Below the pieces are notes generated by a model, which was given only the letters and a program-made list of their open reading frames with translations, was not told the DNA's origin and did no database searches. A stretch of DNA of 64,000 bases from the NCBI GenBank assembly GCA_023150935.1, contig JAKLJW010000008.1, forward strand, positions 1,721-65,720. Direction: 5' to 3'. Made by a program: the position numbers and the translations under genes. This DNA is from Candidatus Binatia bacterium (lineage in GTDB: Bacteria > Desulfobacterota > Binatia > HRBIN30). Below, in pieces: positions 1-9,502 of this stretch. Each line of letters begins with the position of its first letter. Position 1 is the stretch's first letter.

Positions 1-4
1 CGAC

Positions 5-1534
5 ATGGCGGCATACACGATCAACGTCGCCTCGCTCATCGGCCTCGGGGTCGCTATCGACTACTCCCTGTTCATCGTCAGCCGCTACCGGGACGAACTC
101 GCCGCGGGGGCGGACTACGAGCGGGCGCTCGGCCGGGCGGTGGCGAAGACGGGTCGGGCGGTGGTCTTTTCCGGCGTTGCGGTGGGCGTGGGACTGTCCG
201 GGCTGGTGTTCTTCCGCGGCTCGTTTCTCGCCTCCATGGGCATCGCGGCGGCCATTGTCGTAACGCTGGCGGTCATCTTCGCCCTGACCTTTCTGCCCGC
301 GTTGCTCGCGGTACTCGGCCCGGCAATCGACACCGGCCGGGTAAGCATACCCGGGGCGGGCCGATACGCGGGCCTCTGGCGACGCATCGCGCACTGGGTG
401 ATGAAGCGCCCCGTGCTGGTGCTGTTACCGACCCTGGCGTTCGTGACCATGCTGGGGTTGCCGTTTTGGGATCTGCGTCTGGCGGGCGCCGACGTCACCA
501 CGCTGCCCGCCTCGGTCGAGGCGCGCGAGGGGTTCGAGCTGCTGAAGCGGAGTTTCCCGGACCAGCTCGGCAATCGCATCCTGGTGCTCGTGCGTTTCCC
601 TTCCGCCCCGGTCCTGACGGTACCGAGGGCGCGGGCGCTCTACGATCTCGGCCAGCGCATTCGAGCCCTGCCCGGCGTCCACGACGTCGAGAGCATCGTC
701 GAACTCGGGCCCGAACTGGCGGCCACCCTGGCCACCACGCCGCCCATGTTCCTGCCGCCCGAGGCGCGGCTCGCGCTGAAGGGCACCGTCGGCCGCGACT
801 TCGCGCTGCTGCAGGTATCGAGCGATCTGCCGCCCGCCGGCAAGGAGGCAGCGGCGCTCATCGAAGCCATCCGCGAGCACCGGCAGGTGGCCGACGGCAC
901 CTTACTGGTCGGCGGCAACGCGGCGTTGGATCTCGACACGACCAACTTCATCCTCGAACGGGCGCCGGCGGCGATCGCGTTCGTCGTCGTGGTCACCATG
1001 ATCGTGCTGTTCCTGTCGTTGCGATCGGTGGTGCTCCCGATCAAGGCGGTGGTCATGAACTTCCTGTCGATCACCGCGTCGTTCGGCGCCCTGGTGTGGA
1101 TCTTTCAGGAAGGACACCTGCAGTGGCTGCTGCATTTCCAGGCCGGACCGATCGATCCGACGCTGCCGGTGCTGCTGTTCTGTTCGGTCTTCGGGCTCTC
1201 GATGGACTACGAAGTCCTGATGCTGACCCGGATGCGCGAGGAGTACGACCGCACCGGCGACAACACGCAGGCGGTGGCCGACGGCCTCGAACGAACCGGC
1301 AAGGTGGTCACCAGCGCCGCGGCGATCATGGTCGTCGTCTTCGGCGCATTCGGCCTGTCCCGGGTCGTCGTCGTAAAGGCGATGGGCGTGACGCTGGCAC
1401 TTGCCATCGCCCTCGACGCCACTCTGGTGCGCGTGCTCATCGTACCGGCGACGATGCGTTTATTCGGCGATCTCAACTGGTGGGCCCCGGCCCCCCTGCT
1501 ACGGGTGCTCGATCGGTTGCGCGACGAGGCGTGA
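5..1534 (+). CDS. MMPL/RND-superfamily membrane transporter, C-terminal ~509 aa (5' end outside window)
   Basis: ORF is open to the window edge. Two hydrophobic multi-helix blocks are separated by a soluble loop, typical of MMPL-type transporters. Its stop overlaps the start of the next gene. Confidence 0.7.
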   Translation: MAAYTINVASLIGLGVAIDYSLFIVSRYRDELAAGADYERALGRAVAKTGRAVVFSGVAVGVGLSGLVFFRGSFLASMGIAAAIVVTLAVIFALTFLPALLAVLGPAIDTGRVSIPGAGRYAGLWRRIAHWVMKRPVLVLLPTLAFVTMLGLPFWDLRLAGADVTTLPASVEAREGFELLKRSFPDQLGNRILVLVRFPSAPVLTVPRARALYDLGQRIRALPGVHDVESIVELGPELAATLATTPPMFLPPEARLALKGTVGRDFALLQVSSDLPPAGKEAAALIEAIREHRQVADGTLLVGGNAALDLDTTNFILERAPAAIAFVVVVTMIVLFLSLRSVVLPIKAVVMNFLSITASFGALVWIFQEGHLQWLLHFQAGPIDPTLPVLLFCSVFGLSMDYEVLMLTRMREEYDRTGDNTQAVADGLERTGKVVTSAAAIMVVVFGAFGLSRVVVVKAMGVTLALAIALDATLVRVLIVPATMRLFGDLNWWAPAPLLRVLDRLRDEA

Positions 1535-2706
1535 TGCGCATTGCATTCGTCATCGATTCGCTCGACGGACTCGGCGGGGGCGTGGCCACGGCGCGGCGCT
1601 TCGTCGCCGCGCTGCGGCAGCGGCACGACGTCACGCTGGTAACCACGGGTCCCGCCGGCGCGGGCCGGGTGACTGTCCCTGGATTCGAGCTGCCGCTGCA
1701 TGCGATGCGCGCGCAGCAGTTCGCTTTCGGCTGGCCCGTCCGAGCGACGCTGGAACGGGTGTTGGCTGCCGTCGATGTTGTCCACCTGCAGTTCCCGTTC
1801 TTGCTCAGCTTCGCGGCGCTGCGCATCGCGCGCAGGCGGGGCCTGCCGGTGGTCGCTTCCTTCAATGTCCAGCCCGAGAACCTACTGCACGGCCTCGGCA
1901 TCCGTGCGCCGTGGCTCAACCGGTTTGCCTATCGCCTGTGGACCCGCGCCTTCTACGAACGCGCCGACCTGGTTTTGTGTCCGACCGCGTTCGCGGAAGA
2001 GCTGCTGCGCGAGCACGGCCTTCGCAAACCGGTGGCGATCGTGTCGAACGGCGCACCGCCGGGGTGGGGGCGTGCGACCCCCCGGCAGCCGCCGGCACCG
2101 GATGCTCCTGTGCACGTTCTCTCCGTCGGGCGCTTCGCGCGCGAGAAGCGCCACGACGTCATTCTCGAAGCCGTCGCGCGCTCGCGGCACCGGGCCCGGT
2201 TACGGTTGGCGTTCGCGGGCGCCGGGCCTCTCGACCGGGAGATCCGCGCTCATGCGGCGCGCCTGGGCCTACCACTGGATATCGAGTACGCGTCGCCCGA
2301 GCGTCTGCGCGCCCTGTACGAGGAGGCCACCGTGTTCGTCCACGCCAGCGAGGTCGAGCTGGAGGGCATGGCCGTGGTCGAGGCGCTGGTCATGGGGCTG
2401 CCGCTGCTGCTCGCCGACGCGCCCGCCAACGCCTCGGCGCGCTATGCGCCCGGCCCCGACTTCCTGTTCCGGAGCGGCGATCCGGCGGCACTTGCGGCGC
2501 GCCTCGACGCGCTCCTCGACGACCCCGAGGCGTACGCGGCCGCGAGCGCGTTCTGCGTCAAGCTCGCTCCGCAGTTCGACTTCGCCACCTGCGTGCGCCA
2601 GCTCGAACGCGCCTACGCCCGCGTCGTCGAGCAGGCCGCCGCCGCCGAAGCGGCGCCGGTCAAAGGCGACCGCCCCGACGTTCCGCCGCGGCTCGCGGCG
2701 GAGTGA
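1534..2706 (+). CDS. GT4-family glycosyltransferase
   Basis: ATG at 1534 overlaps the MMPL TGA (ATGA). The C-terminal E-x7-E motif (EVELEGMAVVEALVMGLP) and overall layout match retaining GT4 enzymes. The longer 466..2706 ORF is an Arg/Ala-rich artefact upstream of this ATG. Confidence 0.8.
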   Translation: MRIAFVIDSLDGLGGGVATARRFVAALRQRHDVTLVTTGPAGAGRVTVPGFELPLHAMRAQQFAFGWPVRATLERVLAAVDVVHLQFPFLLSFAALRIARRRGLPVVASFNVQPENLLHGLGIRAPWLNRFAYRLWTRAFYERADLVLCPTAFAEELLREHGLRKPVAIVSNGAPPGWGRATPRQPPAPDAPVHVLSVGRFAREKRHDVILEAVARSRHRARLRLAFAGAGPLDREIRAHAARLGLPLDIEYASPERLRALYEEATVFVHASEVELEGMAVVEALVMGLPLLLADAPANASARYAPGPDFLFRSGDPAALAARLDALLDDPEAYAAASAFCVKLAPQFDFATCVRQLERAYARVVEQAAAAEAAPVKGDRPDVPPRLAAE

Positions 2707-2718
2707 ACACGGCCCCGG

Positions 2719-3333
2719 TCAGTCGCCGCGAACGATACCCTGCTGCATCATTTTCTTGACGACGAGATCCGCCAGCTCGGTCTTCTCCGAGCGCGGATCG
2801 CGGAACGCCTTGGTTTCCGTTGTCGCCGACCAGACACGTTGCGCCGTGCGGCTATCGAAGACGATGCTCTCGAGCGTGACCAGCGCGTATTCGGCCGGCG
2901 GGGGCGCCATCGCGGCTCGGTAGTAACCGAAAAAGTCCCCCGCGTTCGAGCGGTCGCCATAGCGAGCCGTCGGAGCATTGGCGCCGGCACTGCGCCTGTC
3001 GACGTCACGGATGCGCACGGCCAGCACGGCATCGAGATGGGCATCCGCGACGATCCGTTCGACGGTCGGCCGATCGATCGGGGCGCCGGCGGGAATCACT
3101 TCGTAGTCGGGCACGGCCGTCACGCCGCGTGCGCGCAACGCCTGCACGAATGCACCCTCGATGGTCCGCCGCAAATCCTGGTTAGCGGTGACCGCTACGA
3201 CCAGCACCGAGGCGTAGGCCGGCTTCGGGCGATCCGGGTCCTGCCACACCTCGACCATCCGACTGCGCGAACACGCCGCCGCCGCCGCAACCGCCAACAC
3301 GGTCAGTGCCAGATAGATCCGCCGAATCGCCAT
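2719..3333 (-). CDS. Hypothetical lipoprotein (signal peptide plus lipobox AAAACS)
   Basis: N-terminal hydrophobic segment ends in a Cys lipobox. No enzymatic motif recognised; possibly DUF4136-like. Confidence 0.45.
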   Translation of the reverse strand: MAIRRIYLALTVLAVAAAAACSRSRMVEVWQDPDRPKPAYASVLVVAVTANQDLRRTIEGAFVQALRARGVTAVPDYEVIPAGAPIDRPTVERIVADAHLDAVLAVRIRDVDRRSAGANAPTARYGDRSNAGDFFGYYRAAMAPPPAEYALVTLESIVFDSRTAQRVWSATTETKAFRDPRSEKTELADLVVKKMMQQGIVRGD

Positions 3334-3346
3334 GCCGCTCGTCCTC

Positions 3347-4480
3347 TCACAGCCCCAACTGCCGCGAGGCCAGTTCTTTCATGATCTCCTCCGCGCCGCC
3401 GCCGATGGCATTGACCTTGACCTCGCGGTAGATGCGCTCGACCCGGGTGCCGCGCATGTAGCCCATACCGCCGTGGATCTGCACCGCCTCCGACGCGCAG
3501 AAGGCCATGGTTTGCGTCGCCTGGTTCTTCAGCATGGCGATGTCTGCAACCGGCGAGTCACCGTTCTGTATCCGCCACGCCAGCATTTCGAGGTACGCCT
3601 GGGTGGCGTTGATGCGCATCGCCATGTCGACCAGCTTGTGGCGGATAACCTGCTGGTGCATGAGCGGCTTACCGAAGACCATCCGTTGCCGCGCCCAGGC
3701 GATGGCTTCCTCGAGGCAGACGCGCGAGAACGCGTTGGCGCTGGCGGCCATGCCGATCCGTTCGCCGTTGAAATTGAGCATGATGCCGAGGAAGCCCATG
3801 TTTTCTTCGCCGATCAGATTGGTGACGGGCACGCGCACGTCGTCGAAGATCAACGTCGCGGTGTCGGAAGCCCACCAGCCCATTTTCTTCAGCGGCGTCC
3901 GCGTGAAGCCGGGCATGTCCTTTTCCAGCAGCAGGAGAGAGATGCCGCCCATGCCGGGCCCGCCGGTGCGCACCGCAACGGTGACGAAGTCGGCGCGCAT
4001 GCCGGAGGTAATGAAGGTCTTGCTGCCGTTGACGACGTAGTGGTCGCCGTCGCGGCGTGCGCTGGTGCGCAAGCTGGCGACGTCGGAGCCGGCGTCCGGT
4101 TCGGTAATCGCGAGGGCGCTGATCTTGTCGCCGGCGAGAACGGGCGGGAGCACGCGGCGTTTCATTTCCTCGCTGCCGAGGCGGGCGATCGGCGGACAAC
4201 CGATGCCGTGGCTCATAAGACTGGCGGAAATGCCACCGGACCCCGCGCGGGCGAGTTCCTGCGCGGCGACAATGGCGAAGAAGAGATCGGCGGGCGTTCC
4301 TCCGTACTCCTCGGGAAAGCCCGCGCCGATCAGGCCGACGGCGGCAGCTTTCTTGTAGAGTTCGCGGGGAAACCCTTCGGCCTCGTCCCACTCGTCGACG
4401 TGGGGGGTGATTTCCTGCTCGACGAAGCGGCGGATGGTGGCGCGGAATTCCTCGTGGCTGGGGGTATAAAACGGGCTCAT
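3347..4480 (-). CDS. Acyl-CoA dehydrogenase
   Basis: Full-length ACAD fold signature (…GGMGYMRG…EIYEG… pattern, FAD/CoA-binding layout). Start is either ATG 4480 (MSPFYTPSHEEF) or the upstream ATG at 4507. Confidence 0.85.
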   Translation of the reverse strand: MSPFYTPSHEEFRATIRRFVEQEITPHVDEWDEAEGFPRELYKKAAAVGLIGAGFPEEYGGTPADLFFAIVAAQELARAGSGGISASLMSHGIGCPPIARLGSEEMKRRVLPPVLAGDKISALAITEPDAGSDVASLRTSARRDGDHYVVNGSKTFITSGMRADFVTVAVRTGGPGMGGISLLLLEKDMPGFTRTPLKKMGWWASDTATLIFDDVRVPVTNLIGEENMGFLGIMLNFNGERIGMAASANAFSRVCLEEAIAWARQRMVFGKPLMHQQVIRHKLVDMAMRINATQAYLEMLAWRIQNGDSPVADIAMLKNQATQTMAFCASEAVQIHGGMGYMRGTRVERIYREVKVNAIGGGAEEIMKELASRQLGL

Positions 4481-4855
4481 CGGGGGGTCCCACAAACTCA
4501 TGTGCATCCTCTTTCGACCGGCTCACCGCCGCTACGCGGCCACAGGCGTTCGCTGGTTTGCCGACGAGACGCACGACGCGCCGTCCCATCGGCGTTCCGT
4601 CTTGACGGAAGTTCGCCGCCGGCGCAAGCCACCCGTACCGCACCGATCGTCCCAGGCAGCGCCGTCATCTCGGCGCGGGGCAGCGCCCGCAGCCCAAAGC
4701 GAACAACCAGCCCGTTCGCCCCTGCCGAGCCTGTCCCTCGATACGCCGCCTGAGAAGACGGCTGCTACTCGGGACGAACGGCAGGACACAGCCCTTACAT
4801 GGCCTGAAGATTTCTTCGCGCAGTGCGCGCAAACGCGGAATTCGTAAATCGGATC

Positions 4856-5575
4856 CTATCGCCGCGCGACGCGCCGGTCGCAGCGGAGGAACGCCGAGTC
4901 GGCCAGCCACTGGCGGTCGGGGTAGTACGCGAACACGGCCGTGCCGTCCTTGATACGGTCGATCACCGCGTCGTGCACTCCGAGAGGTAGCGCCGGGCAG
5001 CCCCAACTGCGCCCGAGCCGGCCGTGTTCCGCCAGATACGCCTCGCTGACGTACGGCGCCCCGTGCACCACGATCGCCCGATCCTCGGCGCGATCGTTAA
5101 CCCCCCACTCGAGCCCCGACAGGCGCAACGACTGTCCGTGCCGGCCCCAGTACGTCTGCTCGGTTCGAAACAGACCCAGACTCGATTGCCGCGAGCCCGG
5201 CGTGTTCGAGAAGGCCACCGCGTACGCTTCGCCGCTGCCCTCGCCGTGCGCCACCAGCTCGTTGAACAGCACCGTTCCGCGGTCGACGTCGATCACCCAG
5301 AGCCGGCGCGCCGCCGACGGCAGAGAGTAATCGATGACCGTCAACAAACTCCCCTGGAAATGCCCCGCGGAACGACCGCACTCGAAGGCTCTGAGCGCCA
5401 GGTCGAGCACTTCGGCGCGCGGACCCGAGGCTTCCATAGCGGACGGTACCGGGCGCCACGGCTCCTTCGTCCACCGCTTCGACGTCGACTGGTATCGGGG
5501 TGTCGCGCAGGCCGCAAGCGCCGTCGCCGCCGCCACCGCAACCACCACCACCTGGAGGACGCTTTTGCCCTTCAC
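4856..5575 (-). CDS. L,D-transpeptidase catalytic-domain family protein (YkuD_2-like), secreted
   Basis: GTG at 5575 is preceded by GGAGG at about 5 nt spacing. Signal peptide is present. HGxGSG and SWGCPA (catalytic Cys) motifs are present. Confidence 0.6.
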   Translation of the reverse strand: MKGKSVLQVVVVAVAAATALAACATPRYQSTSKRWTKEPWRPVPSAMEASGPRAEVLDLALRAFECGRSAGHFQGSLLTVIDYSLPSAARRLWVIDVDRGTVLFNELVAHGEGSGEAYAVAFSNTPGSRQSSLGLFRTEQTYWGRHGQSLRLSGLEWGVNDRAEDRAIVVHGAPYVSEAYLAEHGRLGRSWGCPALPLGVHDAVIDRIKDGTAVFAYYPDRQWLADSAFLRCDRRVARR

Positions 5576-5760
5576 TCCCGCCTCCTGAGCGTTGCGCGCC
5601 ACGCTTCTTATGCGGATCCGGAAACCGCTGCAAGGTATTTTTTCGAGTCGAAAGCCGAGACCAGCAACCGAAAGGGTGTTGCTCAATGTACCCGACTCCG
5701 GTTATCTGGGAGACGGATGCAGCGGAGATGAACCGACCTGGGCGGGGGAGGAAGTACGTA

Positions 5761-7533
5761 ATGGCGGTACAAGGGCAGCGCGATCGCCCACCGACTCGGG
5801 CGATGCGGGCGAGCCCGGCATCGTGCGCCCCGTCGGAAACGAGATCATTCGGTCTTGCAGTCGCCGCGGTGTTCTTGAGTATCGTCTGCGCGACACCGCT
5901 GCGCGCCGCACTCGACCCGGGAGCCGTCGCGCCGGCAGTCACGACGATGCTCGGGCGGCCGACGCCGCTGCTCGTCGACGGCACCGTGCTCGACGCCGAG
6001 ACTTTGCGGTTCGCTTACGAAGCGCGCGCCGGAGCGCCACTCTGGGTGGCTCGCGGCAAGGACGACGAGCAGCGGGTTCGCGCCGTGGCCGACGTGTTGG
6101 CCGCGGCGAACGGTGAAGGCCTCGACCCGCGCGCCTATCACGTCGGCCTCATCCAGCGCCGGCTCGGCACCGAAGAGCCTACCGGGCTCGTCGAGCTCGA
6201 GTTGCTGCTCTCCGACGGCGTCTTGCGATACGCCGCCCATCAGACCCGCGGCGTCAACCCGCCGCGGTATGGCAACGGAGAGCTAGGCTTCGAACGCGAA
6301 GCGCTCGACGCCCGGGGAACCCTGCTCGGCATCGCGGAAGCGCCGGACCCGGCGCGGGCTCTGCGCGACCTGGCGCCGCAACACGCCGGATATGCGCGCC
6401 TGCGCGACACGCTGCGCAACTACCGCGAGATCCAGAAAGCCGGCGGCTGGCCCACCCTACCCGACGGACCGAAGCTGGAAGTGGGCATGAGTGACGCGGC
6501 CGTCCCGGCCCTGCGCCAACGCCTGGCGGCGACCGCGGAATACGACGGCGCTCCGTCCGACTCCAGAATCCTCGACGCGGCGCTCGTCGACGCGCTGAAA
6601 CGGTTCCAAACGCGCAACGGATTGCTCGCCGACGGAATCCTCGGCAAAGGAAGCCGGGCGGCGTTGAACGTTTCTGTCGATCGGCACATCGACCAGATCG
6701 TCGTCAACATGGAGCGCTGGCGATGGCTTGGTCCCACGCTCGGCGACCGTCACGTCAAGGTCAACGTCCCGGCCTTCGCGCTCGAACTCGTCGAGAACAG
6801 CAAGGCCGTGATGGCGATGCCCGTCGTGGTCGGCAAGCAGAACCAGCGCACTCCGAATTTCAGCAGCGAGATCCGCCAGCTCGTGTTCAACCCCTCCTGG
6901 TTCATCCCGCCGAGCATCGCTCGCGCCGAGATCATGCCCAAAGCGCGCGTCGACTCGACGTACCTGAGCCGCAACGGTTACGTCGTGCGTTACGCCGCCG
7001 CGCCGACTCCGGCGACCGCGACCGACGCTGCCGCAGGGCCGCCACCCCCTTCGCCGGCGCCGCGGGTGATCGGCCTCAAGCAGCCGCCGGGTCCGAAGAA
7101 TCCGCTCGGACGCGTGAAGTTCGACCTACCGAACGCCTTCGGCGTGTATCTGCACGACACGCCGTCGCGTGCCAGCATTCAGCAGAGCGGCCGCGCCGCC
7201 AGTCACGGCTGCATCCGGCTCAGCAACGCCCTCGGCCTTGCCGATGCGCTCCTTACCGACAGCGGCGGCCTGTCCGACGCGCGGCGCAAGAAACTGCTGT
7301 CGACCTGGCAGACAAAGACCGTCACGCTGTCGCAGCCGGTCCCCGTGCACATCGTGTACGAAACCGTCTGGGTCGACGACAGCGGCGTCGTACACACACG
7401 TCCGGACGTCTACGGGCGCGACGACAAGCTGAAGAAGCAACTCACCGAGGCGCGGTCGGCACGGCCGACGGTCTACGCCCGCCGGCAGCCCGAGCCCCCG
7501 ATCGACGCCGAAAAGACCGTCGCCGCACCGTAA
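5761..7533 (+). CDS. L,D-transpeptidase, YcbB/LdtD-like (peptidoglycan-binding domain plus YkuD domain)
   Basis: HGCIRL catalytic motif near the C-terminus. Secreted, with an internal signal-like segment after MRAS at 5803. ATG 5761 is preceded by GGGGGAGGAAG; 5803 is an alternative start. Confidence 0.75.
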   Translation: MAVQGQRDRPPTRAMRASPASCAPSETRSFGLAVAAVFLSIVCATPLRAALDPGAVAPAVTTMLGRPTPLLVDGTVLDAETLRFAYEARAGAPLWVARGKDDEQRVRAVADVLAAANGEGLDPRAYHVGLIQRRLGTEEPTGLVELELLLSDGVLRYAAHQTRGVNPPRYGNGELGFEREALDARGTLLGIAEAPDPARALRDLAPQHAGYARLRDTLRNYREIQKAGGWPTLPDGPKLEVGMSDAAVPALRQRLAATAEYDGAPSDSRILDAALVDALKRFQTRNGLLADGILGKGSRAALNVSVDRHIDQIVVNMERWRWLGPTLGDRHVKVNVPAFALELVENSKAVMAMPVVVGKQNQRTPNFSSEIRQLVFNPSWFIPPSIARAEIMPKARVDSTYLSRNGYVVRYAAAPTPATATDAAAGPPPPSPAPRVIGLKQPPGPKNPLGRVKFDLPNAFGVYLHDTPSRASIQQSGRAASHGCIRLSNALGLADALLTDSGGLSDARRKKLLSTWQTKTVTLSQPVPVHIVYETVWVDDSGVVHTRPDVYGRDDKLKKQLTEARSARPTVYARRQPEPPIDAEKTVAAP

Positions 7534-7542
7534 GTCCGCGCC

Positions 7543-7572
7543 CTTGCGAGCCCGGAACCACGCTCGCAAGGT
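7543..7572 (+). terminator. Perfect 10-bp inverted repeat (ccttgcgagc…gctcgcaagg) 10 nt after the ldtD-like stop
   Basis: Read directly from the sequence. There is no U-tract, so function as an intrinsic terminator is uncertain. Confidence 0.3.
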
Positions 7573-7743
7573 GCGAGGCCAGCCGAGGCTCAGTCGGCGC
7601 ATCGGCAGCGGTCATCCTTCCCCAATCGGGATTCTGGAAAACTCGGCGTCGTCTTTCGAGCCAGCGGAACCGGCTTGCGAGCCCCCCGCATGAGCCTCGA
7701 TTGCAGTAATGCGTCCGTGCTAATGAGGAGACGGAGAAAGGCA

Positions 7744-7986
7744 ATGCGGTACTCGGTGTTTCTGGAACCGGTCGAAGAAGCAGGCTTTGACGGGTTTTAC
7801 TACGCGCATATTCCGGTCCTGGACCTCACGACCCACGGTCCCGGAGTCGAAGGTGCGCTCGCTGCTGCGCGCGACCTGGCTCGAGCGTGGGTTGCCGAAA
7901 AGCGCTGTCATGGAGACCCGCTGCCCGTCGAAACCACGGCTTTGATCGGTCACATCGACCTTCCCGATACCGTACTCGCCCCGTGA
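7744..7986 (+). CDS. hicB: HicB-family antitoxin (UPF0150)
   Basis: [32 protein letters not shown] matches the HicB N-terminal fold. GGAG lies 7 nt upstream of ATG 7744. Confidence 0.75.
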   Translation: MRYSVFLEPVEEAGFDGFYYAHIPVLDLTTHGPGVEGALAAARDLARAWVAEKRCHGDPLPVETTALIGHIDLPDTVLAP

Positions 7987-8173
7987 GGTCCTGACGCGGC
8001 TTCTCCGTGCGGGCTTTGTCGAGGTTCACCAGACAGGTAGCCACAAGGTGCTTCGCCATCCCGACGGTCGCCAGACGTACGTGGCGATGCACACCGCGAC
8101 GCTTCCCACCGGAACCTTCCGCAAGATTCTGAAGCAGGCAGGTCTGACCGAGGAGGAGTTCCGAGATCTGTAG
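7946..8173 (+). CDS. hicA: HicA-family toxin (YcfA-like) lacking a canonical start codon
   Basis: Frame translates to …[63 protein letters not shown], a clear HicA signature. No ATG/GTG/TTG exists between the upstream in-frame stop (7943-7945) and the conserved region; the only CTG is at 7991. The gene overlaps the hicB stop (7984-7986). Confidence 0.6.
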   Translation, partial: SVTSTFPIPYSPREVLTRLLRAGFVEVHQTGSHKVLRHPDGRQTYVAMHTATLPTGTFRKILKQAGLTEEEFRDL

Positions 8174-8202
8174 GTTTCCGATTCCGTCCCGACCCTGCTC
8201 GG

Positions 8203-8340
8203 TTCCCTCTCCCTCAACTTCTGCTTCGAAAATCCGGGAGGGCAAGCGCAATGGCGGGTAGCCATCGGGGTCGGCATCGGTATCGGAATCGGTATCGATT
8301 CGAATGCCTCGATCCCGATAGCGATTCCGACCCCGACCCC
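8203..8340 (+). repeat. Repeat family copy A (core ~8241-8340; contains GGNATC hexamer run)
   Basis: About 100 bp at roughly 90% identity to 20032-20126, with weaker similarity extending about 40 bp upstream (…gtccctctcc…). It lies in the convergent gap between hicA and rnfD. Confidence 0.7.
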
Positions 8341-8403
8341 GCAGAGGGCACCACATTTTCATCCTCTTCAGACGACCGCCAGGTCATGGGCGGCATGTGC
8401 GGC

Positions 8404-8424
8404 AACGCGCGCGGAGCGCGCGTT
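8404..8424 (+). terminator. GC hairpin aacgcgcgc-gga-gcgcgcgtt (copy A), shared component of the repeat element
   Basis: Perfect 9-bp stem with 3-nt loop. An identical hairpin sits at 20534-20554. It is 128 bp downstream of the rnfD stop. No U-tract. Confidence 0.35.
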
Positions 8425-8551
8425 CCACCCGGGCGACTCGACTCCCCGCTTGCACCACCTGCCGCACGGGGATCCCGGCGTGCCACTGGCGCCCTGCCGG
8501 CCAGGGAAGTCGAAATCGTCGCGCCGGGCACACATCCGCGGGAATCGCAAC

Positions 8552-9502
8552 TCAACAGCCCGTCGCACGATCGAGGAGCGGCACCGCCGCGTTCGCTACC
8601 AGAACCGCCAACGCCGCACCGTCGGGGTAAGGAGTGTAGTAGCGCACCGCCATCGTATAGACCGCCGCGAGCACCGCGAAGATCACCCGCCCCCGGGCCG
8701 AGAACGGCGCGGTCACCGGATCGGTGAGCATGAAGAAGGCCGCCAGCAAAGCGCCGCCGGATAGCAACTGCGCCAACGCATCCCCCGCCAGCCACGGGGC
8801 GTGCCCTGCCATTCTCGCGCCCGGCGGAAGAACCAATGCCAGCAACGCCACCCCGGCCAGATACGTCAACGGCACACGCCAATCGACGGTCCGCATCAGG
8901 ATCAAGCATAACCCGCCGCCGAGCACCGCCAGCGGCGCCGCCTCGGCAAGCGCGCCCGGGTGAAGCCCGAACAACAACTCCCTCACCCCCGGTGCCACCG
9001 CACCGATCTCCTTCGCCAACGGCGTCGCCGCACTCACCCCGTCGACACCCGACCACGCCGGCGCAAGGAGCCGCGCCGGAACGATGCCCATGAGAACCAC
9101 CCGCCCCACCGCCGCCGGGTTGAACACGTTGTTGCCGAGACCGCCGAACAGGTGCTTGCCGACGAGAATCGCCGCCGCCGCACCCACCGGCCCAAGCCAG
9201 ATCGGCCCACTTGCCGGCATCGACAGCGCCGTAACAATCCCCGCAACCACGGCACTGCCGTCGAACGCTCGCCGCGCATCGCACGCCAGGTCGAATACCC
9301 ACGCCACCACCACGGCCAGACCGAGCGGCACGGCCGCCGCCGTTCCGTATCGCCAGATCGCCACCACACAAATCGGCAATAGCGCCAGCACCACTTCGAA
9401 CATCAGCCGCCGCAGAGTCCGCCCGCTATGGAGGAACGGACCCGTCACCTCGCCGGCCGCGGCGGTCGGTTTCATCCATGCCGGCGGTCGCGCATCGGTC
9501 AT
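8552..9502 (-). CDS. rnfD: Rnf/Nqr-type complex subunit D (RnfD/NqrB family)
   Basis: GGLGNNVFNPA motif, multi-TM layout, and C-terminal SAATPL (FMN-attachment Thr context). ATG 9502 overlaps the stop of the upstream gene (ATGA). Confidence 0.8.
   Translation of the reverse strand: MTDARPPAWMKPTAAAGEVTGPFLHSGRTLRRLMFEVVLALLPICVVAIWRYGTAAAVPLGLAVVVAWVFDLACDARRAFDGSAVVAGIVTALSMPASGPIWLGPVGAAAAILVGKHLFGGLGNNVFNPAAVGRVVLMGIVPARLLAPAWSGVDGVSAATPLAKEIGAVAPGVRELLFGLHPGALAEAAPLAVLGGGLCLILMRTVDWRVPLTYLAGVALLALVLPPGARMAGHAPWLAGDALAQLLSGGALLAAFFMLTDPVTAPFSARGRVIFAVLAAVYTMAVRYYTPYPDGAALAVLVANAAVPLLDRATGC

Noticed and set aside
466-2706. 746-aa ORF spanning the MMPL gene and the GT4 gene in another frame
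   Set aside because: The first ~356 codons are Arg/Ala/Gly-rich low-complexity sequence overlapping the clearly genuine MMPL frame. The real glycosyltransferase starts at ATG 1534. This is a typical high-GC open-frame artefact.
8271-8300. GGNATC hexamer run as a possible CRISPR array or microsatellite
   Set aside because: It has only 4-5 short degenerate units with no spacer structure, and it is part of the larger repeat element. It is not a CRISPR array.
8251-8727. ORF starting MAGSHRGRHRYRNRYRF… inside repeat copy A (and its twin 20042..20749 in copy B)
   Set aside because: The conserved region is a GGNATC hexamer repeat that reads as HRYR/GSGS in any frame. The similarity between the two ORFs is confined to the nucleotide repeat, and downstream sequence diverges completely. 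It is interpreted as a non-coding repeat.
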